Assembly (NCBI GenBank): GCA_045599385.1
Contig: JAZRVW010000037.1
Coordinates: 53-64,052 of the forward strand
Length of the DNA: 64,000 nt
Origin: Oscillospiraceae bacterium
GTDB taxonomy: Bacteria > Bacillota > Clostridia > Oscillospirales > Oscillospiraceae
Reading direction: 5' to 3'
Part shown: positions 53,581-61,625 of the stretch, one piece after another
Layout: each line of letters starts with the position of its first letter
How positions within the stretch are numbered: the stretch's first letter is position 1
The notes under the pieces: model-generated
Database searches by the model: none
What the model saw: the letters and a program-made list of their open reading frames with translations, nothing else
What the model was told of the DNA's origin: nothing
Translations under genes and position numbers: made by a program

Positions 53581-53743
53581 ATACTAATACCTAATAAAAA
53601 CATTCAATTAGAAGCGGTGTGATTTCCGCCATGCTGCGTTGAAGCCCTTGGAAATACATAGCCAGTATTCCCTGCGGTCTTCGCCTTGCCTGGCAAAAAT
53701 CATCCTCGCTTCATTCTTAAAGCTTTTTATTAGGTATTAGTAT
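53581..53743. repeat. 163-bp palindromic element with perfect 20-bp terminal inverted repeats (MITE/REP-like or leader structure)
   Basis: ATACTAATACCTAATAAAAA (53581..53600) and its exact reverse complement (53724..53743). The core has further imperfect dyad symmetry. Confidence 0.8.
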
Positions 53744-53760
53744 CAGTTAAAGTTATAATT

Positions 53761-53789
53761 ATTATATAGGATTATTACTCTTCAATCAA
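53761..53789 (-). promoter_or_regulatory. promoter of the GTPase-NYN/ylmH operon
   Basis: Minus strand reads TTGATT-17 nt-TATAAT, about 18 nt upstream of the palindromic element. Confidence 0.5.
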
Positions 53790-53845
53790 GTTTTGCTATT
53801 TTCTTTTTACTCATTCTGTGTTAAATTGATGCTTGAGGTGATTTT

Positions 53846-54781
53846 GTGAAAATCGCGCTTATTGTTATTGGAATACTGGTTATTGCGGTTATTGCCGTGG
53901 GCTTCGTTTTCGTAGGCATTCTCATTAAAAGGGATAAGCCGAAGCCCAGTTCAGACGGAAATTTTCTCTCTCCCCTGCTTGAGCCTACGGGGGCGGAGCT
54001 ACTCGCCTACAACGCGACGAAATTCAAGAAGTTCAACGCGCTTCCCACGGAGGACGTTTTCATCGAAACGCATGACGGACTTAAGCTCACCGGCAAGCTT
54101 CTCAGAGGCACGGAGGACATTACCGTCATCTGCTGCCACGGCTACAAATCCGCACCCGTTTTTGACTTCTGCGCCATTTCGGAGATGTACATTGAAAAGG
54201 GCTATTCCCTGCTGTTTCCCCACATGCGCGCCCACGGCGAAAGCGAGGGTAAATACATAGGCTTCGGCGTTCTCGACGCCCACGATGTGCGGCGCTGGGT
54301 GAATAAAATTGAGGAGCTTTTCCCGGGAAACGATATATTCCTCCACGGCGTAAGCATGGGCGCCACCTCGGTGCTGAACTCCGCCGACCTTTTCCACAAC
54401 GGCGAGGTCAGCGGCATCATCGGCGACTGCGGCTTCACCTGCCCCCACGATGTTTTCTGCCACCTCATCGGCAGAATGTATCATCTGCCCCGCTTCCCCT
54501 TCATCGCAGCCTTTGAGTTTGCGAATATGCTCGTGGCAAAATACGATTTTCACACCTTTGACGTGCGCTATGCGCTGTATGATTCCGTGGTGCCCTGCGC
54601 CTACATCTGCGGCACGGAGGATAAATTCATTCCCACTGACATGGCGCAGAGCATTGCCGAACGCTGCGTGGAAAGCATGATTGTTCAGGGCGGCGGTCAT
54701 GCGGCATCATACATGCTTGAAACGGAAAAATACAGGGAACTTGTTTATAACTTCATTGACAAATATCGGAGGAAATACTGA
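53846..54781 (+). CDS. alpha/beta hydrolase with N-terminal membrane anchor
   Basis: Nucleophile elbow GVSMGA, with Asp/His regions downstream. GTG start behind GAGGTG. Confidence 0.82.
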   Translation: MKIALIVIGILVIAVIAVGFVFVGILIKRDKPKPSSDGNFLSPLLEPTGAELLAYNATKFKKFNALPTEDVFIETHDGLKLTGKLLRGTEDITVICCHGYKSAPVFDFCAISEMYIEKGYSLLFPHMRAHGESEGKYIGFGVLDAHDVRRWVNKIEELFPGNDIFLHGVSMGATSVLNSADLFHNGEVSGIIGDCGFTCPHDVFCHLIGRMYHLPRFPFIAAFEFANMLVAKYDFHTFDVRYALYDSVVPCAYICGTEDKFIPTDMAQSIAERCVESMIVQGGGHAASYMLETEKYRELVYNFIDKYRRKY

Positions 54782-56208
54782 TGGCTAAAGAGAAAAAAGG
54801 CATCGGCGCTCTTAACTGGACTCTGCTTCTGGTTATCGGCTTCACCGCACAGATTGCATGGGTAATCGAAAACAACTGGTTTGCAAACTTCCTTTACTCC
54901 GACTTCGGCGCACAGCTCGGCGTTGTCACAGCAATGACAATATGCTCCGCCACCGCCACAACCTTTTCGGCGCTGTTTTTCGGAACAATGTCCGACCGCA
55001 TGGGCTCACGTAAAAAGCTTATCGTTTGGGGCTCAATCCTCTGGGGCATCTTCACCATTGCCTTCGGACTTACCCACTACCTCAGAAGCGCAATTTACAA
55101 TGACGTAATGCTTATCGGCGTTACCATTGTCGCCGCCGACACGATCATGAGCTTCTTCGGCTCCATGGCAAACGACGCGGGCTACAACGCATGGTACGCG
55201 GACATGATGGACGACTCCAACAGCGGTCAGATAGGCACCGTTGCCGCAACACTCCCCGTCATCGGTACTCTCGTGGGTACTCTCGTGGGCGGTATGTTCG
55301 TTTCGGGCTTCGCCACCGCGGAAAATCCCCAGCTTGGCTACATCGTATTCTTCTCCGTTGTGGGCGTTCTCACCATCATCATCGGCATCGTCTGCGCATT
55401 TCTGCTCAAGGACGCGCCCACGCTCAAGCCCGTTAAAGAGGGTTCATTCTGGAAACAGTTCGGCTCCACCTTTAACTTCAAACGCTTTGTTTCCAACAAG
55501 GAGCTTGCCCTTGTTTTCCTCACCCTCTGCGTTTTCTTCATCGGCTACAACTGCTACTTCATTCACATCATGAACTGGATGAACTACACCCTCGGCTTTA
55601 CTGACCCCAGCCTTATTCTCGGAATCCCCCTTATTCTCGCAATGGTGCTGTCCCTTCCCTTCATCAAGATAATCAACAACAAAAAGGTACCCTCCGTTGC
55701 GCTGTTTGCCGTTCTTCTCAGCATTGTCGGCTGTATTTACATTTTCTTTTTTGTGGGAAATAACGCCGCGTCCTTTGACACAGAAAACGCTCTCAACATC
55801 GCAAAGAACTGGCCCTGCTTCATCGGCATCATCATGGTTGGCATGGGCTACGTTGTGTTCATGCAGTCCATGACCGTATGGATGAAGCGCCTCTACCCCG
55901 AGGAGCACCGCGGTCAGTTTGAGGGTATCCGCATCATGTTCTTCGTTTTCTTCCCCATGGTTGCAGGTCCTCTGCTTGCCGACCCTATCTGCCGCGCCTT
56001 CGGCGACAAGGTATATCAGGTTGTTGAAAACGGCAACCTCATCTTTGTCACCGCTGACAAGGCAAGCGCCATGGGCTATGACATCACTCAGATTGCCGAG
56101 GGTTATCTCCCCGTCAACGAGCTGTTCATTGCCGCCGCAATCGTCAGCGCCCTGTGCCTCATTCCCATGGCAAAGGCCGCAAAGCTTTATAAAGAGAGAA
56201 ACAAGTAA
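54781..56208 (+). CDS. MFS transporter
   Basis: About 12 TM segments and an MFS loop motif (GTMSDRMGSRKK). TGATG junction with the hydrolase gene. Confidence 0.82.
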   Translation: MAKEKKGIGALNWTLLLVIGFTAQIAWVIENNWFANFLYSDFGAQLGVVTAMTICSATATTFSALFFGTMSDRMGSRKKLIVWGSILWGIFTIAFGLTHYLRSAIYNDVMLIGVTIVAADTIMSFFGSMANDAGYNAWYADMMDDSNSGQIGTVAATLPVIGTLVGTLVGGMFVSGFATAENPQLGYIVFFSVVGVLTIIIGIVCAFLLKDAPTLKPVKEGSFWKQFGSTFNFKRFVSNKELALVFLTLCVFFIGYNCYFIHIMNWMNYTLGFTDPSLILGIPLILAMVLSLPFIKIINNKKVPSVALFAVLLSIVGCIYIFFFVGNNAASFDTENALNIAKNWPCFIGIIMVGMGYVVFMQSMTVWMKRLYPEEHRGQFEGIRIMFFVFFPMVAGPLLADPICRAFGDKVYQVVENGNLIFVTADKASAMGYDITQIAEGYLPVNELFIAAAIVSALCLIPMAKAAKLYKERNK

Positions 56209-56216
56209 GCTGCAGC

Positions 56217-56252
56217 AAAAAGTCCCCCGTCACATGACGGGGGACTTTTTTA
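56217..56252 (+). terminator. rho-independent terminator
   Basis: AGTCCCCCGTCacatGACGGGGGACT stem followed by TTTTTT. Confidence 0.85.
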
Positions 56253-56256
56253 TTAT

Positions 56257-56286
56257 GCGGAACGGTCAAGACCGTTCCCTACCGTG
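56257..56286 (+). repeat. REP copy A
   Basis: GCGGAACGGTCAAGACCGTTCCCTACCGTG. Overlaps the RAYT stop codon. Confidence 0.8.
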
Positions 56287-56755
56287 CTGCGATATAGAGT
56301 TCATCGGTCTGCCACTTGGCAGGATTTTCGTCAATATACTGCCATATTTCCCGATAAGCCGCATCGTTTCGGATTATACTGTCATAGAATGATTTCTGCC
56401 ATACTTCAATATCCGGGATAAGCTGATGTATCTTTCTGGCAACGCCTGATTTATATTGTCCGATTACCGTTGACAGTGTAGGGAACGGTCTTGACCGTTC
56501 CGAACCGTCGCAGCCGATGCTCAGCATCGCATGAATATGATTCGGCATTATCACGTATTTGTCCACCGCAACGCCATCGAAATGAGAGGTAATATCAAGA
56601 AGATCGTTTTCTGCAATTTTGCCAAATTCGTTCAGGCTGTCGGGTTCACCGAAAATGCACATCTTGTTGTGCGTGCATATCGTAACAAAATAATAATTCT
56701 CACTTGAATAGTCAAAGCCCTTCAAACGTTGGCGTTTTCTTTCCGGCAGTTCCAT
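56279..56755 (-). CDS. REP-associated tyrosine transposase (RAYT, IS200/IS605 Y1 HUH family)
   Basis: YYFVTICTH beta-strand, HUH motif PNHIHAML and a Tyr helix YREIWQYIDENP. About 158 aa, similar in size and layout to E. coli RayT. Flanked by REP copies. ATG 56755 lies behind AAAGGA. Confidence 0.82.
   Translation of the reverse strand: MELPERKRQRLKGFDYSSENYYFVTICTHNKMCIFGEPDSLNEFGKIAENDLLDITSHFDGVAVDKYVIMPNHIHAMLSIGCDGSERSRPFPTLSTVIGQYKSGVARKIHQLIPDIEVWQKSFYDSIIRNDAAYREIWQYIDENPAKWQTDELYIAAR
56477..56501 (-). repeat. REP copy B, inside the RAYT coding sequence
   Basis: Exact 25-nt CGGAACGGTCAAGACCGTTCCCTAC on the minus strand, in frame, encoding SERSRPFPTL. Confidence 0.8.
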
Positions 56756-56767
56756 TGTTTTTCCTTT

Positions 56768-56792
56768 CGGAACGGTCAAGACCGTTCCCTAC
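56768..56792 (+). repeat. REP copy C
   Basis: Exact 25-nt unit, 13 nt upstream of the RAYT start. Confidence 0.8.
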
Positions 56793-56812
56793 TGTGTACG
56801 GTGCGGGATTTG

Positions 56813-56837
56813 CGGAACGGTCAAGAACGTTCCCTAC
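56813..56837 (+). repeat. REP copy D
   Basis: 25-nt unit with one mismatch (AAGAAC instead of AAGACC). Confidence 0.75.
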
Positions 56838-56846
56838 CGTGTGCGG

Positions 56847-57671
56847 TTATATTTTGCCGCCTATGATTTTATACAGGGTTTTCGCAACGCCGAAATCATC
56901 GTTTGTTTCGCAGACGTAATCCGCGGATTCGCGGCAATACTGTGTGCCGTTTTTCACCGAAACGCCCAGCCCCGCGAAAATCAGCATATCCGCATCGTTA
57001 TCGCCGTTGCCGAAGGCGGCGACATTTTCGGGAGAAACACCCAATTTGCCGCACAGCCAGCGCAGAGCCTTGCCCTTGCCCGCATCGGCGGCGGCAAACT
57101 CCACAAGGCGCGGCGAGGAGCTTGTGACATAGGCGCCCTCTATCAGTCTGCCCTTTGCATAGGTTTCCGCCTTTACATCGGGCGTAGGGCAGATAATGTC
57201 TATGCTGTCAAGGCGGTTAATATTCTCCGCAATGCACGAGCGCATATCCGCAACGGGCTTGCGTGTTGTCTGCACATAGCTTATATATGCCTCGCTGCAG
57301 CCGTATTTTACGGGGTTTTCCATGTACTCCTTAAGGCAGTAGGGCTGACCCTCGATGAAGCACTCAAACATGGCGTCGGGAAACGCATCAAGAATTGCCT
57401 GTGCCACCTTTTCGGGAATGGTTCGGGAATAAATGCGCTCAGCCGTCTTTGCCATTTCAACTGCCGAGCCGTTGGAGGTTATGGCGTAATTAACGCCCTC
57501 GATTTCAAGTATTCTTTTCGGAAGCGAGGTAAAGGCTCTGCCAGAGGCGACCACAATTTCAATGCCCGCTTTTGCGGTTTCAATGAGGGCGGCGTAGGTT
57601 TCCTCCGCCAGCGTGGAATCGGATTTCAGCGTTGTGTCGTCAAGGTCAAGTGCCACAAGTTTAATGTTCAT
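56847..57671 (-). CDS. Cof-type HAD-IIB family hydrolase
   Basis: LVALDLDDT motif I, VVASGR motif II and GNGDNDADM motif III/IV. Confidence 0.9.
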   Translation of the reverse strand: MNIKLVALDLDDTTLKSDSTLAEETYAALIETAKAGIEIVVASGRAFTSLPKRILEIEGVNYAITSNGSAVEMAKTAERIYSRTIPEKVAQAILDAFPDAMFECFIEGQPYCLKEYMENPVKYGCSEAYISYVQTTRKPVADMRSCIAENINRLDSIDIICPTPDVKAETYAKGRLIEGAYVTSSSPRLVEFAAADAGKGKALRWLCGKLGVSPENVAAFGNGDNDADMLIFAGLGVSVKNGTQYCRESADYVCETNDDFGVAKTLYKIIGGKI

Positions 57672-57700
57672 ATTATCACCGCTTTGATTTTACCATTTGC

Positions 57701-57729
57701 TTGACGAAAGGGCAATTATATTTTATAAT
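57701..57729 (+). promoter_or_regulatory. promoter of the cobalamin-riboswitch unit
   Basis: TTGACG-17 nt-TATAAT. Confidence 0.6.
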
Positions 57730-57734
57730 TTTGG

Positions 57735-57930
57735 CATATATCGGGCTGTTCAGGGAAATGGAAGTGAAAATCTTCCGCGAGGCCGTCACTGTGATTTGCT
57801 TTTTACAATAAGTCAGAATGCCTGCTCAGCGTGCCGCACAAAGTAAACTACGGACCCTGGTTGACTTTTATTCTGCCCTGATAGAACTCTTCTTGGCTTT
57901 GTGTGGACTTCCGACCACATTCAGTAAAGG
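57735..57930 (+). promoter_or_regulatory. cobalamin (B12) riboswitch
   Basis: Conserved core CAGGGAAatGGAAGTGAAAATCTTCCGCG..GGCCGTCACTGT and B12-box-like AAGTCAGAATGCCTGC. Ends at the SD of the downstream gene. Confidence 0.75.
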
Positions 57931-57942
57931 AGAGTATTTTTT

Positions 57943-58356
57943 ATGAAGAAAAACAAAAAAACAATCATTGCGGTCATTCTGCTGGCTGTTCTTATTGCCG
58001 CTGCTGTGCTGGTATGGCACTTCTTCGGTCCAAACAAAGAAGCAAACAGCTTTGACAAGGAAATCACCGTCACCGTTATCCATGGCGATGGCGCTCAGAA
58101 GGACTTCGTCATCGGCACCAATGAGGAAAACCTGCGCGGCGCTCTTGAGCAGGAAAAGCTCATAGAGGGCGATGAGGGTGAGTTCGGGCTTTTCATCACC
58201 TCCGTTGACGGCGAAGCCGCCGATGCCTCGGCTGAGGAGTGGTGGTGCGTTTGTGACGGCGAAGGAAATATGCTCATGTCAAGCGTTGACGGCACGGTCA
58301 TAAACGACGGCGACAGCTTTCAGATAGTACTCAAGACGGGTTATGATGAGTTCTAA
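57943..58356 (+). CDS. DUF4430 (transcobalamin-like) domain protein, membrane-anchored
   Basis: N-terminal TM and a DUF4430-like body (GLFITSVDG..WWCVCDGEG..DGDSFQIV). Sits under the B12 riboswitch. Confidence 0.75.
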   Translation: MKKNKKTIIAVILLAVLIAAAVLVWHFFGPNKEANSFDKEITVTVIHGDGAQKDFVIGTNEENLRGALEQEKLIEGDEGEFGLFITSVDGEAADASAEEWWCVCDGEGNMLMSSVDGTVINDGDSFQIVLKTGYDEF

Positions 58357-58840
58357 GCCTACTGTAAAGGAGATTGCCCTTCTGGCAATTATGGCCGCCC
58401 TGATGTTCGCCTCCCAGGTGGTCATGGCATCGCTTCCGAACATTCACATCGTGGCTCTGCTGATTATTCTCACCACCTTTATGTTCGGCTGGAAAGCTAT
58501 GTACTCAGTGGTGGTATTCATCATTCTTGAGGGGCTCATGTTCGGCTTCGGCCCCTGGTGGTTCGGCTATATCATCGCATGGCCTCTGCTCGTTATCGTC
58601 ACCGTTATTTTCAGGGCAAACACGGCGCCGCTTTTCTGGGCAGTTATTTCGGGACTTCACGGGCTTTTCTTCGGCGCACTCTGCGCCGTTCCCCAAATTT
58701 TCATTCTCGGGGGAAAAGGCGCTTTCGCCTGGTGGGTAAGCGGCATTCCCTTTGACCTTATCCACTGCGCAGGCAATTTCGTGCTTGCGCTGGTGCTGAT
58801 TTCGCCTCTGCGCAGGCTGACCGAAAAACTTATGAAATGA
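58343..58840 (+). CDS. ECF-type S component-like membrane protein (putative cobalamin-specific, CbrT-like)
   Basis: 165 aa with about 5-6 TM segments. Overlaps the DUF4430 gene by 14 nt. The riboswitch context suggests a corrinoid substrate. Confidence 0.6.
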   Translation: MMSSKPTVKEIALLAIMAALMFASQVVMASLPNIHIVALLIILTTFMFGWKAMYSVVVFIILEGLMFGFGPWWFGYIIAWPLLVIVTVIFRANTAPLFWAVISGLHGLFFGALCAVPQIFILGGKGAFAWWVSGIPFDLIHCAGNFVLALVLISPLRRLTEKLMK

Positions 58841-58872
58841 AAAAAATCCACTCGCTATGCGAGTGGATTTTT

Positions 58873-59781
58873 TCAGCACATGAGGTTTATTCTGCGGTGC
58901 AGAATTTTTATATCAAAGGTGCCTTCAAGCGTCTGCTGCTCGCCGTCAACGTTCCAGTCAAACGGCTCGTCGGTGGTTATTGTCATTCCCGAACAGCGAC
59001 AGAATTTTGTGAATTTCATATTGGGGTCATTGTTTTTGAGCGCCTTGTAGAGCTTATTCAGCTCCGGCTTTGAGTTTGGCTTCAGGATAAGCGCAATCTC
59101 AAACAGTCCGTCATCGGCGATGACCGGCTGGCGAAAGCTTTTGAGAAGCTTTTCCGCAATGTTGCAGGAGGAGGCGGTTACACCGAAGAGGAAATCCCCC
59201 TCAAACTCCTCGCCGTCCATTTCAATCTTCAGATGATTGCTGCGCAGGCGGTTCAAGTCCATGAGCGCGCCGAGGATATATGCCTTGCCGCCCAGATAGT
59301 TTTTAAGGCTCTGGGGCGTTGTGTATGCCTGCCATGTGAAAGCGCCGAACTCGGCGGAGTTTATAAAATACTTATTGCCGATTGCGCCGATGTCAATGGC
59401 CTTTATCTCGCCCTCGACAATATTTTTTGCCGCCTCGAGAATGTCCTTGGAAAGTCCGTGGTACTCGGCAAAGTCATTGGTGCTTCCGCAGGGAATATAG
59501 CCCACCTTGGTTTTGAGACCGGCGTCTATTATACCCGTTATGGTTTCGTTCAGCGTTCCGTCACCGCCGCTGCAGCAGATTATATCATAATCCTTGCCGT
59601 AGGCCATGACGTACTTTGTCGCGTCCTCTTTTTCCATAGTCGGAAAGACCGTTACCTTATATCCGCCCTTCGTAAACACCGCGAGAACTTCGGCAAGGTT
59701 TTTCTCAATTGCCTTTTTGCCTGCCACGGGGTTTACTATGAACATCATCTTTTTTTCAAGCTTTGTAATTATTTCTGACAT
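58873..59781 (-). CDS. diacylglycerol kinase-family lipid kinase (YegS/DagK type)
   Basis: FIVNPVAGKK and CCSGGDGTLNE motifs. Start ATG 59781 chosen; ATG 59748 and the longer track ORF are alternatives. Confidence 0.85.
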   Translation of the reverse strand: MSEIITKLEKKMMFIVNPVAGKKAIEKNLAEVLAVFTKGGYKVTVFPTMEKEDATKYVMAYGKDYDIICCSGGDGTLNETITGIIDAGLKTKVGYIPCGSTNDFAEYHGLSKDILEAAKNIVEGEIKAIDIGAIGNKYFINSAEFGAFTWQAYTTPQSLKNYLGGKAYILGALMDLNRLRSNHLKIEMDGEEFEGDFLFGVTASSCNIAEKLLKSFRQPVIADDGLFEIALILKPNSKPELNKLYKALKNNDPNMKFTKFCRCSGMTITTDEPFDWNVDGEQQTLEGTFDIKILHRRINLMC

Positions 59782-59892
59782 TAAGCAATCACCCGTAATA
59801 CTGTTTGCGGATTTTCTGACGTATATCATTTTACTCCATTTGGAGAATAAAGGCAACTATAAGTTTGATTCAGGACGGTTATTAAACTTATT

Positions 59893-61023
59893 TTACGAGA
59901 TTTTTTCTACGGTATAGGTCTGCCGCAGTATTTCAAAGCCCGCACGAAACAGCGGATTCACCGTCCAGTAGCTTATTCCCGCAAGACCGTACTCGCTCAC
60001 AAGGGCAAGCCTCGCCTTCACGCTTCGGGCATCTTCAAACCAGACCTCACGCTGTTTTCCGTCCGCCGAAGTATATCTGAACCACGGTGCCTGGGCTGCG
60101 GTGTCAAACTTTATTTCCGCATAAACGGAGTCCGCGAGATTTGCCGCCGCCGCGTTTGAGATTACCGAGGCCGCGTTGCCCTGCTTCCAGGGCAGAGTCC
60201 AGCTGTAGCCGTAATTCGAGAAGCCCAGAAGGATTTTTCCAGCGGGGATTCGCGTTACGGCATAATCAAGCACCCTCCGCATGAGGTTTACGGGGGAAAC
60301 CGCCCTCGGCGATGAGTAGGTATAGCCCCACTCGTAAGTCATGAGAATTACCCTGTCGCAGTACTGTCCGTGAACGGCATAGTCAATGGCCTCATATATG
60401 AAGCCCTGCTGATTATCCGAGGTCTTCGGCGCAATGGCGGTGCTCAGAAAATAGCCCGCAGGGTGCAGGATTTCCGAGGCGCGCCGCAGGAAGTTGTTGT
60501 AGCTCTCGCGGTCATAGGGGTAGATGTACTCAAAATTAAAGTTTACTCCGAAATAGCCCTTCTGACGCAACAGCCGCAGCATATTATCAAAAAACCGGCT
60601 CTGCACCGCGTCATCGGTAAACAGCGCGTGGCTTATATCCCCCGAAAAGCCTCCGTTTGCGCCGATGTTCGTTACGGTAAGCAGGGGCATAACATTCTGC
60701 CCGTAGGCAGCGCTGATAAGGCTTTCATCACTTAATGGGATTATATTCCCCTCCGCGTCAGCGCGGTTTGAAAAGGGGCTGAAATACGTCAGATACGGCA
60801 GGCTTTCCCTCAGCGTTTCTGCCGAAATATTCGGATAGGCATAGCCGTTTACCTCGATTTCACCCGTCGGGCTGCTGTTGTCCGGAATGGCAAGCGCCTG
60901 CCCTATCGTGAGCCTTGAGGGGTCATTAAGCTGGTTTGTATAGGCTATGTTCTGTGACGGCACTCCCGTGCGTCGAGCTATGGAATACAGCGAGTCCCCG
61001 CGCTTTACAACATAAATGCTCAT
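59893..61023 (-). CDS. LysM + glycoside hydrolase family 18 protein (SleL/YaaH-like cortical-fragment lytic enzyme)
   Basis: N-terminal LysM (YVVKRGDSLYSIARRTGV..GQALAIP) and a GH18 barrel with a variant catalytic strip GVNFNFEY. Confidence 0.82.
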   Translation of the reverse strand: MSIYVVKRGDSLYSIARRTGVPSQNIAYTNQLNDPSRLTIGQALAIPDNSSPTGEIEVNGYAYPNISAETLRESLPYLTYFSPFSNRADAEGNIIPLSDESLISAAYGQNVMPLLTVTNIGANGGFSGDISHALFTDDAVQSRFFDNMLRLLRQKGYFGVNFNFEYIYPYDRESYNNFLRRASEILHPAGYFLSTAIAPKTSDNQQGFIYEAIDYAVHGQYCDRVILMTYEWGYTYSSPRAVSPVNLMRRVLDYAVTRIPAGKILLGFSNYGYSWTLPWKQGNAASVISNAAAANLADSVYAEIKFDTAAQAPWFRYTSADGKQREVWFEDARSVKARLALVSEYGLAGISYWTVNPLFRAGFEILRQTYTVEKIS

Positions 61024-61058
61024 ATCTTCACCTCACGGTATGATATGAGCATCTTTTA

Positions 61059-61523
61059 TTATATGTTCCTGCCGTTTAGTTTTGCCGAGATGAGCTCATC
61101 GCCGTCATAGCTGAGCTTCAGGGAGAAAAAGGGCTCGTCGCTGTCAAGCAGACGGAGGAATATTTTATCCCCCTCCCACAGCGTCAGCTTCATGAGCTCG
61201 GATTTTTTTATCCACTCAAGCTCACCCTCGCTGCATTCGCCGATTTCGCCCTCAAAGCCGTCGGCGGTGAACAGGTGCATGAACTCAGCTTCGCACTTTG
61301 TATTCACAAATGTGACGATGCCGCGATAGCGCCACGATGTAAGCTCAAGTCCGCTTTCCTCACGCACCTCGCGCAGCAGACACTCCTCGGGGCTTTCGTT
61401 TTCCTCGAATTTTCCGCCAAGACCTATCCACTTGTCTTTGTTGATATCGTTTTCCTTTTTCACACGATGGAGCATGAGATACTCATCGCCGCGTTCAATA
61501 TAGCAAAGAGTTGTGTTAAGCAT
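61059..61523 (-). CDS. NUDIX hydrolase (MutT-like)
   Basis: Nudix box GLGGKFEENESPEECLLREVREESGL. Confidence 0.88.
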   Translation of the reverse strand: MLNTTLCYIERGDEYLMLHRVKKENDINKDKWIGLGGKFEENESPEECLLREVREESGLELTSWRYRGIVTFVNTKCEAEFMHLFTADGFEGEIGECSEGELEWIKKSELMKLTLWEGDKIFLRLLDSDEPFFSLKLSYDGDELISAKLNGRNI

Positions 61524-61625
61524 TGCAATTTCCTCTTGTTGAATATACTGTATATATGTTATTATATCCTCAGTTACACAAATCTGACAAGCATATTTTT
61601 TATAGGGAGAAAGGGGTAACGAATA

